Below are positions 40,461-49,858 of a DNA stretch of 64,000 nucleotides, in pieces. The DNA is from Candidatus Bathyarchaeia archaeon (GTDB lineage: Archaea > Thermoproteota > Bathyarchaeia > Bathyarchaeales > Bathycorpusculaceae): contig JAVZLM010000007.1 in NCBI GenBank assembly GCA_038883775.1, positions 32,001 to 96,000 of the forward strand, written 5' to 3'. A model generated the notes under the pieces. It did no database searches, had not been told where the DNA came from, and worked only from the letters and a program-made list of their open reading frames with translations. Within the stretch, counting starts at the first letter, position 1. Every line of letters starts with the position of its first letter. The position numbers and the translations under genes are program-made.

Positions 40461-40493
40461 CCCGCTTTCATTTCCACTTTTTTCTTATTGTTG

Positions 40494-40685
40494 CTATGGT
40501 CCAGTGAAGCCGCATTTTGGACATTTATAGGGGCGCCCAAACTTTCGGCATTTTCCACAACGCCTTATGAGGATTTCTCCACAGTTCGGGCATAGAAATT
40601 TTGTGGCTTCTTCTCCTGGAGCTATGGGTTTGCCACAGCTTGTGCATGTTACGAGGGCTAGGGTTGTTTTTTCTGCCATGATCAT
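40494..40685 (-). CDS. Zn-ribbon RNA-binding protein (DUF1610 family)
   Basis: CTSCG...FLCPNCG...[22 protein letters not shown]. Confidence 0.92.
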   Translation of the reverse strand: MIMAEKTTLALVTCTSCGKPIAPGEEATKFLCPNCGEILIRRCGKCRKFGRPYKCPKCGFTGP

Positions 40686-40786
40686 TCCTCATTGATAGCT
40701 TTTGTATTTGTAATGCTTCCTTATATTTTGTGTGTTTTTCGCAAGTTTATTATTATAGTCTTATGCTATATTTTCACGGGGTTGTT

Positions 40787-41821
40787 TTGGGAGTAAACCT
40801 TCGGGATTTGGTTCCTAAAAAAATTGTTAGACTTGAGGATTTAAGCGGAAAATCCATAGCCATAGACGCTTATAATGCATTATATCAGTTTTTGGCTATA
40901 ATCCGCCAGCCAGACGGCACACCGCTAAAAGATACTATGGGAAGAATTACAAGCCACTTAAGCGGTCTCCTTTATAGAACAAGTAACCTTGTGGAAATGG
41001 GAATAAAACCAATCTACGTTTTTGATGGGACACCGCCCACGCTTAAGGAAGTGGAAATAAAGAGGCGCATGAAAGCAAAAGAGGAAGCCCTAATAAAATA
41101 TGAACAAGCCATAAAAGAGGGCAAAATAGAAGAAGCTCGAATGTATGCGCAAGCAACATCCCGCCTAAAAGATTACATGGCAGAAGACAGCAAAAAACTC
41201 TTGGATTTGATGGGAATTCCATGGATTCAAGCACCAAGCGAAGGTGAAGCCCAAGCAGCGCATCTAGTAAAACTTGGAGATGCCGATTACTGTGCAAGTC
41301 AAGACTATGACAGTTTGCTTTTTGGCGCCCCGAGGCTTGTGAGAAACGTGACGATTTCTGGACGGCGAAAGCTTCCAAGCAAAAATGTTTACATTGAAGT
41401 TATTCCAGAAGTTGTGGAGTTGGAAAGTGTTCTGCGAGAGTGCGATATAACTTATGAACAGTTAATTGATGTGGGTATACTCATTGGAACGGACTTTAAT
41501 CCAGACGGCATTAAGGGTTTGGGACCGAAAACTGCCTTAAAACTGATAAAAGAGCATGGAAATATTGAGAATGCCATGCCATATTTGAAAAATGCGGAGT
41601 TTCCAGTTGAACCTCAAAGAATTAGGGAAATCTTTCTCCATCCAAAAGTTACGGATAACTATAAAATAGAATGGAAAGAACCAGACGTGGAAGGCATTGT
41701 AAACTTCATTTGTAGAGAAAGAGACTTTTCAGAAGACCGGGTTAGAAAGGCAGTGGAGAAAATGCAGAAGGGCATAACAAAACAAAAGGGAAAAACGACG
41801 CTGGAAGAGTGGTTTAGATAG
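40787..41821 (+). CDS. fen: Flap endonuclease-1
   Basis: MGVNL, DAYNALYQFL, SHLSG, VFDG, APSEGEAQ, SQDYD, GTDFN; C-terminal PIP-like TTLEEWF. Confidence 0.97.
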   Translation: MGVNLRDLVPKKIVRLEDLSGKSIAIDAYNALYQFLAIIRQPDGTPLKDTMGRITSHLSGLLYRTSNLVEMGIKPIYVFDGTPPTLKEVEIKRRMKAKEEALIKYEQAIKEGKIEEARMYAQATSRLKDYMAEDSKKLLDLMGIPWIQAPSEGEAQAAHLVKLGDADYCASQDYDSLLFGAPRLVRNVTISGRRKLPSKNVYIEVIPEVVELESVLRECDITYEQLIDVGILIGTDFNPDGIKGLGPKTALKLIKEHGNIENAMPYLKNAEFPVEPQRIREIFLHPKVTDNYKIEWKEPDVEGIVNFICRERDFSEDRVRKAVEKMQKGITKQKGKTTLEEWFR

Positions 41822-41908
41822 TTTCTGATAATAAGATTGTACGGCTAAATGGAAATCTTTAACTTGAGATGACATCAATAAAAGGAATTCTTTAAAAGGT
41901 GAAGATTC

Positions 41909-43210
41909 ATGGAGAAAAATCAAATAAACCTCCCAATCGACGAACTTCCCAAAAAATGGTACAACATAATACCAGATTTGCCTGAACCATTACCACCACC
42001 AAAAGAACCAGAAACTGGTCCATCACGCATGGAATTTCTCGGAAAAACCATGGTGCATGAATGCCTAAGGCAAGAGATGTCAAATGAAAGGTGGATTCCA
42101 ATACCAGAAGAAATAAGAGAATTATACATTCAAGCTGGACGCCCCCGCCCCCTTTACAGAGCCAAAAGATTAGAAAAATATTTGAAACTAAAGAAAGTCA
42201 GACTTTATTATAAACGGGAAGACTTGTCGCCAACAGGCTCTCACAAAGTTAATACAGCGTTAGCCCAAGCTTACTATGCGGCGAAAGAAGGAAAAACAAC
42301 ATTAGTCACAGAAACAGGAGCCGGACAATGGGGAAGTGCGCTTTCTTATGCAGCGGCAATTATGGGGCTTAGGTGTGTGATTTTTTGGGTTAGAGCCGTA
42401 TATAACTGGAAGACGGATAGGCGCACTTTAATGAAACTTATGGGAGCAGAAGTCCATGCTTCTCCAAGCAAAGAAACAAACATTGGGAGAACACTTTTGG
42501 CTAAGGATTTGAACCATCAAGGGTCTTTAGGCATAGCCGTCTCAGAAGGCTTGGAATATGCGGAAACCCATGAAGAAAGCGTTTATTGCCTCGGCTCTGT
42601 TCTAAATCATGTTCTAATACATCAGTCAATCATTGGTTTGGAAGCAATAAAACAGTTTGAAATTGCCGATGACTCTCCAGACTTTATTATTGGCTGTTTG
42701 GGCGGAGGTTCAAACTTCGGCGGAATAGCTCTACCCTTTGCCGGCGAAGTTCTACAGAAAAAGCGCCACTGCGAATTTTTGGCAGCCCAGTCAGAAGCAG
42801 CACCAAACCTTGTTAAAGGCGAATACCGTTATGATTTCGGCGACATAGCAGAACATACGCCTTTATTAAAAATGTATACGCTTGGACACAAAACGGAAAT
42901 GGTGCCCATAAAGGCTGATGGTTTACGTTATCATGCCGCCGCGCCACTCATAAGCGTTCTTAGACATAATAACATAGTAAAAGCCGTAGCTTATCCAGCA
43001 GATGAAAAAGCAATTTTTGAGGCAGCAAGAATTTTCTTACAAACTGAAGGCTGGCTCGCAGCGCCAGAATCCAGCTACGCCATACGTGCGGCAATAGACG
43101 AGGCTTTAAAGGCTGAAAGAGCAGGCGAAGAAAAGGTCATATGCATGAACATAAGCGGCCATGGATTTTTAGATTTGCAAGCCTATAAAGAAAAACTTTC
43201 AATAGGATAA
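41909..43210 (+). CDS. trpB2: Tryptophan synthase beta chain 2
   Basis: PKKWYNIIPDLP, PTGSHKVNTA, ETGAGQWG, GGGSNF, GLRYH; no adjacent trpA. Confidence 0.92.
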   Translation: MEKNQINLPIDELPKKWYNIIPDLPEPLPPPKEPETGPSRMEFLGKTMVHECLRQEMSNERWIPIPEEIRELYIQAGRPRPLYRAKRLEKYLKLKKVRLYYKREDLSPTGSHKVNTALAQAYYAAKEGKTTLVTETGAGQWGSALSYAAAIMGLRCVIFWVRAVYNWKTDRRTLMKLMGAEVHASPSKETNIGRTLLAKDLNHQGSLGIAVSEGLEYAETHEESVYCLGSVLNHVLIHQSIIGLEAIKQFEIADDSPDFIIGCLGGGSNFGGIALPFAGEVLQKKRHCEFLAAQSEAAPNLVKGEYRYDFGDIAEHTPLLKMYTLGHKTEMVPIKADGLRYHAAAPLISVLRHNNIVKAVAYPADEKAIFEAARIFLQTEGWLAAPESSYAIRAAIDEALKAERAGEEKVICMNISGHGFLDLQAYKEKLSIG

Positions 43211-43212
43211 GC

Positions 43213-43918
43213 CTAAAATTTGTGGCCGTAACGCCCAGTTAATGGAACGAAGGCTACTCCGCCAAGGTTTTCTTCTTTAAGTTTTCCATCAGCACTTTTG
43301 GTGATTTTTATAAGACTTTGGAATAGTGATATGCTTCCAATGGGAATTAGCATTATTCCGTTTGGCTTCAACTGCTCAATTAATGGTTTTGGAACTTCTG
43401 GCGCAGCAGCGGTTACAAGGATTCTATCGTATGGAGCCTTTTCAACATAGCCCATAGAACCGTCTGCGCAGATTATGGTAACACGGTCGCCATAACCATT
43501 ATTGATAATGTTTTTTCTTGCAAACTCCGCTAATCCCTGAATTATTTCAACAGTATAAACGTGACCCCACTCGCTCCTTGGCGCATCGCCTGGGGCAATT
43601 ATCTCAGCTATAGTGGCGGCATGCCACCCCGAACCCGCTCCAATCTCCAACACTTTGTGGCCTATTTCCAATTGGAGGGCTTCATTCATTATTGAAACCA
43701 TGTTTCGCCTAGTCCGCAGTTGCGGAGCTATGTGGCGCCGAAATTGTCTGCCCAAAACCAATTGGAAGCGGCGTGTCCACAGCGCTGTAAGATTGCATGT
43801 TCTCTGGAAGAAACTTTGAGCGGGGCACTGAGCGCATGGCTTTGATTACTTTTGGCGAGCGGAGGATGCCTTCCCTTATTAGGTTTTCAATGAGTTTTTC
43901 CCATTCCTTTTTCTCCAA
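43213..43918 (-). CDS. pcm: Protein-L-isoaspartate O-methyltransferase, two exons (43918-43732 and 43703-43213; 225 aa after splicing)
   Basis: Exon 1 has VPRSKF...[15 protein letters not shown]; exon 2 has MVSIM...[13 protein letters not shown]...[12 protein letters not shown]...VAFVPL. Removing 28 nt joins them as SAPHMV. TTG start after GGTG. Confidence 0.9.
43704..43731 (-). other. Putative 28-nt bulge-helix-bulge mRNA intron in pcm
   Basis: RNA reads CGCC-AC^A-UAG-C-UCCGC-AACU-GCGGA-CUA-GGCG-AA^A-C-AUG: a 4-bp CGCC/GGCG helix, two 3-nt bulges and an inner hairpin. Canonical cuts restore the frame. Confidence 0.85.
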
Positions 43919-43962
43919 TTTTGTAGCACCAAAAAGAAATATTGCGAAGGATGCTTTTAACA

Positions 43963-45792
43963 CTATTTCACTGTGACGGATTTTGCCAAGTTTCTGGGCA
44001 TGTCTGGGTTGTGTCCCCTTTCAACAGCCATGTAATAAGCCAAGAGTTGAAGCGGAATAATATATGGTATGGGCGACAATACTTCTGGAATCCCCATAGG
44101 CATTTCAATCCAATCATCCGCCAAACTTTTTATTTCCTCGTCGCCTTCCTCCATAACCGCTATTATTGAGGCGCTTCTGGCTTTCATTTCCATTATGTTC
44201 CCAATTATTGTTTTGTGGGTTTCATCCCTAGGGCAGATGAAAACTACTGGAAAGCCCTCTTCTATAAGGCTTATTGGACCGTGCTTACTTTCACCAGCTG
44301 GGAAAGCGATTGCTGGAACGTAGGCAATTTCCATAAGTTTTAGCCTACCTTCATAAGCTGTGGCTGTGCTTATCCCACGCCCTAAGAAAAAGAATGTTTT
44401 GGCGTCTTTGTATTTTTTTGCGATTTGCTTCACATTCTCCTCTTGTGTTTGGAGTATTGTTTCAACTGTGTCTGGAAGTTTCTCCATTTTCTCAGCTAAA
44501 TAATCCATCTCATCCTGCGAAATTTTGCCTCTCTTCTTGGCGAGCCTCAAGGCTAGTTGAGCCAAAACCGAAAGTTGTGAAGTGAAAGTTTTTGTTGCTG
44601 CTACCCCAATCTCTGGACCAGACTGTTGACCAATGTAAACCCTTGAAACTCTTGTCAAGGTTGAGCCGATAACGTTGGTTAATCCGAGAATTGTGGCCGC
44701 TCTTTGCCTTGCGCAATTAACAGCAGCCAAAGTGTCTGCGGTCTCGCCGGATTGGCTTACTGCCAAAATCGTGCTGTCAATGTTAACTGATTTGCCATGT
44801 TGTTCAATAAATTCTGAGGCTATTACTGGATAGGTTGCCAAAAAGGCAAGTTTAGAAAACATGTAGGATGCAGCCAAACACGCGTGATAGGATGTTCCGC
44901 AAGCCACCAAATAGACTTCGCGGGCACGATCGAGAAAAGTTGCCATCAAATCAAGATAGTGCTCCTGCAATCTTAAGGTGTTCCGCAAAGTGGCTGGTTG
45001 CTCATGAATTTCCTTAAGCATAAAGTGCGGATATCCTTGTTTCACAGCCATCTCAGGCGTCCAATCAATAAGTTTTGGCTCCCGCACGACAAGGCTGGAA
45101 TCAGCAATTTTTTTAATCTCAAAACCTTCTAAAGAAAGCGTAACGAGTTCCCCATCATCGATTACGACCGCTTTATTGGTTAGTGGCAGAAACGCTGGAA
45201 TATCAGAAGCGCAGTAAATTGCATTTTCATTTATGCCAACAACTAGTGGGCTCTCATGTCTTGCGCATACTATTTTGTTTGGTTCCCTCGGCGAAATCAC
45301 CGCAATAGCATAAGAACCATCAAGCCTTTTAACAGCCTCGAGAACGGCGTCGGCGAGGCTTAAAGATGGATTTATCTTCAAAATTTCTTCAATGAGATGG
45401 GCTGCCACCTCTGTGTCGGTTTTTGATTTAAAAACATGACCGCGATTTTCCAACTCAAGTTTCAATTCGGCAAAATTTTCTATAATTCCATTATGAACAA
45501 TGGCTATTTGCCCACCACAATCCACATGAGGATGCGCATTAACCTTTAAAGGCGCACCATGAGTAGCCCACCTTGTATGCCCAATGCCGATGTTTCCAGG
45601 CAAATCGTCCAAGTTATGGATTTTGTTAACTTCTTCAATCTTTCCTTGATCCTTCTTTATATAAAGTTTCCCATCATATATGGTTGCTTCTCCAACAGAG
45701 TCATAGCCACGGTATTCAAGCCTTTTTAAAGCGGCATGAATTATTGGTGCTGCTTTTCCGTTTTTGAGGATACATCCAAAAATTCCGCACAT
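43963..45792 (-). CDS. glmS: Glutamine--fructose-6-phosphate transaminase (isomerizing)
   Basis: [54 protein letters not shown]. Confidence 0.97.
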   Translation of the reverse strand: MCGIFGCILKNGKAAPIIHAALKRLEYRGYDSVGEATIYDGKLYIKKDQGKIEEVNKIHNLDDLPGNIGIGHTRWATHGAPLKVNAHPHVDCGGQIAIVHNGIIENFAELKLELENRGHVFKSKTDTEVAAHLIEEILKINPSLSLADAVLEAVKRLDGSYAIAVISPREPNKIVCARHESPLVVGINENAIYCASDIPAFLPLTNKAVVIDDGELVTLSLEGFEIKKIADSSLVVREPKLIDWTPEMAVKQGYPHFMLKEIHEQPATLRNTLRLQEHYLDLMATFLDRAREVYLVACGTSYHACLAASYMFSKLAFLATYPVIASEFIEQHGKSVNIDSTILAVSQSGETADTLAAVNCARQRAATILGLTNVIGSTLTRVSRVYIGQQSGPEIGVAATKTFTSQLSVLAQLALRLAKKRGKISQDEMDYLAEKMEKLPDTVETILQTQEENVKQIAKKYKDAKTFFFLGRGISTATAYEGRLKLMEIAYVPAIAFPAGESKHGPISLIEEGFPVVFICPRDETHKTIIGNIMEMKARSASIIAVMEEGDEEIKSLADDWIEMPMGIPEVLSPIPYIIPLQLLAYYMAVERGHNPDMPRNLAKSVTVK

Positions 45793-46070
45793 CTTTAAGC
45801 CTCAATTGCAAGCTTTATTCAAGACTTTCTGGAGGTAATAAGCTTTTTTAGTAATAATTTTCAAGTTCTAAAAATTTTTTAAGAATAACTCCGCTTTTAA
45901 ATGTTCAATTTAGGCTTAAATTGCTTTATTTTTTATTAAAAGCTTTAAAAAATTCTTTATAACACAAACATAGTTCTACGCTTCCTTTGCGATATAAAAT
46001 TTGTAAGTTTTGTCCGGTTACCGTAATAAAAATTTTAATAATGGGTTAGACTTTATGCTTATGAAAAGCC

Positions 46071-47036
46071 ATGAACAAAAAACTATTACTTCAAGAAGAG
46101 GGGAAAAAGCAGAAAGCAAAAGAAATAGCCATATTTGAGGATCCTCAAAAGTTAAAAATGATTTTGAATAGGCTTAGCTGGAAAATTTTGGTTATGCTTT
46201 CTGAAAGGGAAATGTATCCGCTGGAAATAGCAAAAAAACTCGGCATCCACGAACAGAAAGTTTATTATCACATAAGGAAGCTGGTGAGGGCTGGGGCCAT
46301 AATCATAGCCAAAGAAGAAGAGAAGAAAGGTGCCATAGCAAAATATTACAAGGCTGTTTCGCCAGCCTTTGGAATAGAACTTCCCCAAGGATACAAAACT
46401 TTGGAGAGGCTATCGCTTCCAGTAATTGATGAAAAAATCCAAAAATTCTTCAAAGGATTCATCAAAGAAGACGGCGCGTTCGAAGGAAAAATAGTTGTTG
46501 GAAGCCCCATGCCCCACGGACCCTTCAAAACAAGCGCAAGAGATGGCCATTACGCTTCGCATTTGACATTCTTTTTGGGGCAATTCGCCAGAATGCCAGA
46601 AGATTTCGCCATAAAACTTGATGTGGACGTTAAAGCAGAAAAGGAAGAGAAAAACAACCTAATCCTCGTGGGTGGACCTGGAACAAACCTTTTAACGCAA
46701 GAGTTGAATGATTATTTGCCAATAAGGTTTAACATGCAACCATCAGAGCAAGGCTTCCTCTTTAGCGGTTTGGTTTCAAGAAAAACTTCAAATGTTTACA
46801 CTGCAGATGCGGTAGGTTTAATAGCGAAAATTGTGAACCCATGGGATAATAGTAAGTGGGTCATAGTTTTGGCTGGGAACAAAGCCGTGGGAACAAAAGC
46901 TTGTGTGTTAGCCTTAACAAACTTTTGGAAAAAAACCCTAACGAGTTATGATGGAAAAGATTCTTTTGCAACAGTAATTCAGGGATTCGACTTGGACGGT
47001 GATGGAAAAGTTGATTCCATAGAAATCCTTGAGTAA
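46071..47036 (+). CDS. Winged-HTH regulator fused to an S-layer-C-like domain
   Basis: MYPLEIAKKLGIHEQKVYYHIRKL HTH; NLILVGGPGTN; C-terminal DLDGDGKVD. Confidence 0.8.
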   Translation: MNKKLLLQEEGKKQKAKEIAIFEDPQKLKMILNRLSWKILVMLSEREMYPLEIAKKLGIHEQKVYYHIRKLVRAGAIIIAKEEEKKGAIAKYYKAVSPAFGIELPQGYKTLERLSLPVIDEKIQKFFKGFIKEDGAFEGKIVVGSPMPHGPFKTSARDGHYASHLTFFLGQFARMPEDFAIKLDVDVKAEKEEKNNLILVGGPGTNLLTQELNDYLPIRFNMQPSEQGFLFSGLVSRKTSNVYTADAVGLIAKIVNPWDNSKWVIVLAGNKAVGTKACVLALTNFWKKTLTSYDGKDSFATVIQGFDLDGDGKVDSIEILE

Positions 47037-47054
47037 TTTTGCGGAAGGATAAAA

Positions 47055-47501
47055 ATGGTAACCGTTAGAGTGGCTACTTTAAAAGATTTAGAGGACATTT
47101 TAGAGTTGGAAAGGGGAGATGGTCAGCCTACAAAAGAGGATTTGAAAGTTTTATTTGGATTAGATAACCCAAATGAAAAATGTTACCTTTTTGTAGCAGA
47201 ACAAGAAGGCAAAATTTTGGGCTATTCCCGCATGCATTTTTACAGATGGAATAACAGCGCTTATATCATTACAATTCTCGTAGATGCTAAATACAGACGT
47301 AAAGGCATAGGAACCAGCTTGCTAAAATTCATGGAAAACTTCGCAAGAGAAAAAAGAGCCCGAATTTTACTCTTTGACACCTCAACCGATAATACTCCAG
47401 CCCTACAACTTTACTTCAAAAATGGCTTCAGAATATGCGGATACAACGACAAGATTTACGAAAATGGAAAGATAGCTCTCTATCTCGCAAAAGAACTGTA
47501 A
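47055..47501 (+). CDS. GNAT acetyltransferase
   Basis: VDAKYRRKGIGTSL; NTPALQLYFKNGF. Confidence 0.92.
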   Translation: MVTVRVATLKDLEDILELERGDGQPTKEDLKVLFGLDNPNEKCYLFVAEQEGKILGYSRMHFYRWNNSAYIITILVDAKYRRKGIGTSLLKFMENFAREKRARILLFDTSTDNTPALQLYFKNGFRICGYNDKIYENGKIALYLAKEL

Positions 47502-47523
47502 TAGCGACACATGGAGAACTCCA

Positions 47524-47976
47524 ATGGATAAGGTTATTATTAGAAAAATGCATGAAAAGGACCTACCAGTGGTTTCAGAACTCGCCATGTTAGCAAATCC
47601 CCACGCAACAAAGGAAAAATATAGAAAACATATCTTAAATGAATTGAAGGAAAATCCGGACTTATCCTTCGTAGCTGTCTATGATGGAAAAGTTGTGGGG
47701 TATGCACAAGCCGACTTGTGCAATGATGAGGCTGTGCTTGAGGATATAGTGGTTGACAAACAATATCAAGGAAAAGGCATAGGAAAAATGCTGTTAGACA
47801 GGGAGTTGAAGGCCATAAAAAAGAAGAGAGTGAAAACGGTTTTGGCTGAGGTTCACTATAAATGTGCTTCCGCCATCCCCTTCTATTACAAGCATAATTT
47901 TCGCATTTCAGCATTCAGAAGAGACTACTTCGGAGAAGGACACGACGCAATAATACTAAAACTAGTTTTAAAATAA
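47524..47976 (+). CDS. GNAT acetyltransferase (RimI-like)
   Basis: VDKQYQGKGIGKML; AIPFYYKHNF...DYFGEGHDA. Confidence 0.92.
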   Translation: MDKVIIRKMHEKDLPVVSELAMLANPHATKEKYRKHILNELKENPDLSFVAVYDGKVVGYAQADLCNDEAVLEDIVVDKQYQGKGIGKMLLDRELKAIKKKRVKTVLAEVHYKCASAIPFYYKHNFRISAFRRDYFGEGHDAIILKLVLK

Positions 47977-47992
47977 ACCTTTGAGGCTTCTT

Positions 47993-48418
47993 ATGGAAAT
48001 AAAAGAAGTTGTTTTCGCTTACGGACACAAAAACATCCAAGCCACCCATCCAACAACTCTGGAAATAACTAAAGAAAAGAGGCTATCAAAAAAGGGAGAC
48101 TGTATTATTGCTGTTTTGGCTGATAAGGCTCTGGCGGATTTGAGCGCTGAATTTAAGGATTTTTTGCGCAGAGAAAATGCCAGAATAAGTTTACTGATTG
48201 AAGCGGGAGAAGCTGCTGATGTTGTGAATGCTTTTGGAAATCCAAAGCTGATTTTGACGCACCCTACGGACATGGTTGTAAGAAAAAGCGGTTACATTTG
48301 CAACCGAACATTGGCAATCCAAGCAGATAAGGCAGCAATCAACTTATCCAGAAAACTTGTAGAGAAACTGAAAAATTCAAAACAGAAAGTGAAAATAACG
48401 CTAACGGTAAAGGTTTAG
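47993..48418 (+). CDS. DUF371 family protein
   Basis: AYGHKNIQATHPTTLEITK...GDCII...VRKS...RTL...ADKAA. Confidence 0.9.
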   Translation: MEIKEVVFAYGHKNIQATHPTTLEITKEKRLSKKGDCIIAVLADKALADLSAEFKDFLRRENARISLLIEAGEAADVVNAFGNPKLILTHPTDMVVRKSGYICNRTLAIQADKAAINLSRKLVEKLKNSKQKVKITLTVKV

Positions 48419-49491
48419 AAAATTTTTGCGTCTATCACGGCTTGCCATTCATATGGGGCTGTTGCCCGAACAAACCGAGAAAACAAAACCTCCACTTTTC
48501 TTCCACATTTTTTGACAGCTTCAATGAGTTTAAGTTTCACATTTTCTAAAGAGCCAGAACCGCCAACAAAAGTGTAAAAGTGGATTATGCCACCCGCGGG
48601 CTTTAGCGCCTTACATGCAACATCCACAAACTCCATGGCTTTTTCAGGCAAATTCATTATAATACGATCTGCCATCCCCAAAAGTTTTTCTTCAACAACT
48701 TGTCTTGCATCGCCAAAAATTGGATGGACCTTGCCCTCAACCCTGTTAAGCCTAATATTTTTCTGCAAAAACTCTATGGCGTGGGAGTTCATGTCTATGG
48801 CATAAACTTTCACATTTTCATGTATTTTTGCAATTAATATTGCAAATGGACCAACACCAGAAAACATGTCTATGACGGTTTCGCCTTCCTTAACTAAAGA
48901 GGCAATTCTATTATGCTCATAGGATAGGCGTGGGGAAAAGTAGGCTTTTGCAAGGTCCACATAAAATTGGCAACCATGTTCCTTGTGAACTGTTTCTGTT
49001 TTTGGTTTGCCAGCAATCACGCTGAATTCTCTTAGACGATAAGTTCCAGAAACTGCACCAACTTTAGCAAGAACAGTCTGCACACTTTTATGTGTTTTAA
49101 GAATTGCCTCGCCGACCAGAGTCTTATATGCTTCAAGTTCTGGCGGAATCTCGATTATGGCTATGTCGCCAACAAAATCTAATGCCCTTGGCAAACTAGC
49201 CAACAAATGGGGAGGAAGCTTATCCTCCAACAGGTCGGTAAAGGCTACTTGCCTTTTTCTTTCATGAAAAATTTCAGTTGAGATTTCACAGTTTGGAAGC
49301 TGTTCTCTTAAAGTTTTTAATTCTTCTTCTGAAGGTTGACGGTTAAGCGGAACATAACTGAATGCTTCATCTCTTTTAATTTCCAATTCTTTGTCAACGA
49401 TTTCAAGTTTGTTGGCTAAGATTATGGCTTTCTCGCCAAAGTTTTTCAGAACCTTTAAACACGTAGATTTTTTCTCAACAACATTTGCCAT
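48415..49491 (-). CDS. trm5: tRNA (guanine-37-N1) methyltransferase, Trm5/Met-10 family
   Basis: DFVGDIAI, HKEHGC, YFSPRL, DMFSGVGPF, DRIIMNLP. Confidence 0.9.
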   Translation of the reverse strand: MANVVEKKSTCLKVLKNFGEKAIILANKLEIVDKELEIKRDEAFSYVPLNRQPSEEELKTLREQLPNCEISTEIFHERKRQVAFTDLLEDKLPPHLLASLPRALDFVGDIAIIEIPPELEAYKTLVGEAILKTHKSVQTVLAKVGAVSGTYRLREFSVIAGKPKTETVHKEHGCQFYVDLAKAYFSPRLSYEHNRIASLVKEGETVIDMFSGVGPFAILIAKIHENVKVYAIDMNSHAIEFLQKNIRLNRVEGKVHPIFGDARQVVEEKLLGMADRIIMNLPEKAMEFVDVACKALKPAGGIIHFYTFVGGSGSLENVKLKLIEAVKKCGRKVEVLFSRFVRATAPYEWQAVIDAKIF

Positions 49492-49553
49492 ACTGTTTCC
49501 ACTAATAGTTTTGTAGTGAAACAACATAAACTTATTCAGCCATTAAAATTAGC

Positions 49554-49760
49554 CTACTTTTCCTTTGCACTAATTAAAGTCTTAGGGACTACTTCTAAAC
49601 CTACTACATTCTGCTGTGGTTTTTCTACATTTTTAAGAAGCCACTCTGTCAGTTTTTGGCATTCGTTGGGATTGCAGTATAGGCTGCCTTGTTTTATTGG
49701 CTCCCAAAACAAGCATTTGAAGCATGGAATTTCTGTTAAAATTTCCACGTCAGCATGCAT
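49554..49760 (-). CDS. Small Cys-containing hypothetical protein
   Basis: PCFKC...YCNPNECQKLTEWL; start uncertain. Confidence 0.55.
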   Translation of the reverse strand: MHADVEILTEIPCFKCLFWEPIKQGSLYCNPNECQKLTEWLLKNVEKPQQNVVGLEVVPKTLISAKEK

Positions 49761-49858
49761 TGGACATCGTGAATAGGAGAAACATACTGCTTAAACTTAT
49801 AGGTTATGAATTGGCATGTATTACTTAGCTTAATAATCGAGGCTTCTGATTCCAATTC

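Noticed and set aside
43709-43711. UAG readthrough (pyrrolysine) in pcm
   Set aside because: Readthrough would not restore the frame, because the insert is 28 nt, which is not a multiple of 3.
43704-43731. Reading the pcm insert as a transposon footprint or simple pseudogene lesion (ACAT flanks both sides)
   Set aside because: Not excluded, but disfavoured. The BHB geometry predicts cut sites that restore the frame exactly, and both exons keep all recognisable motifs.
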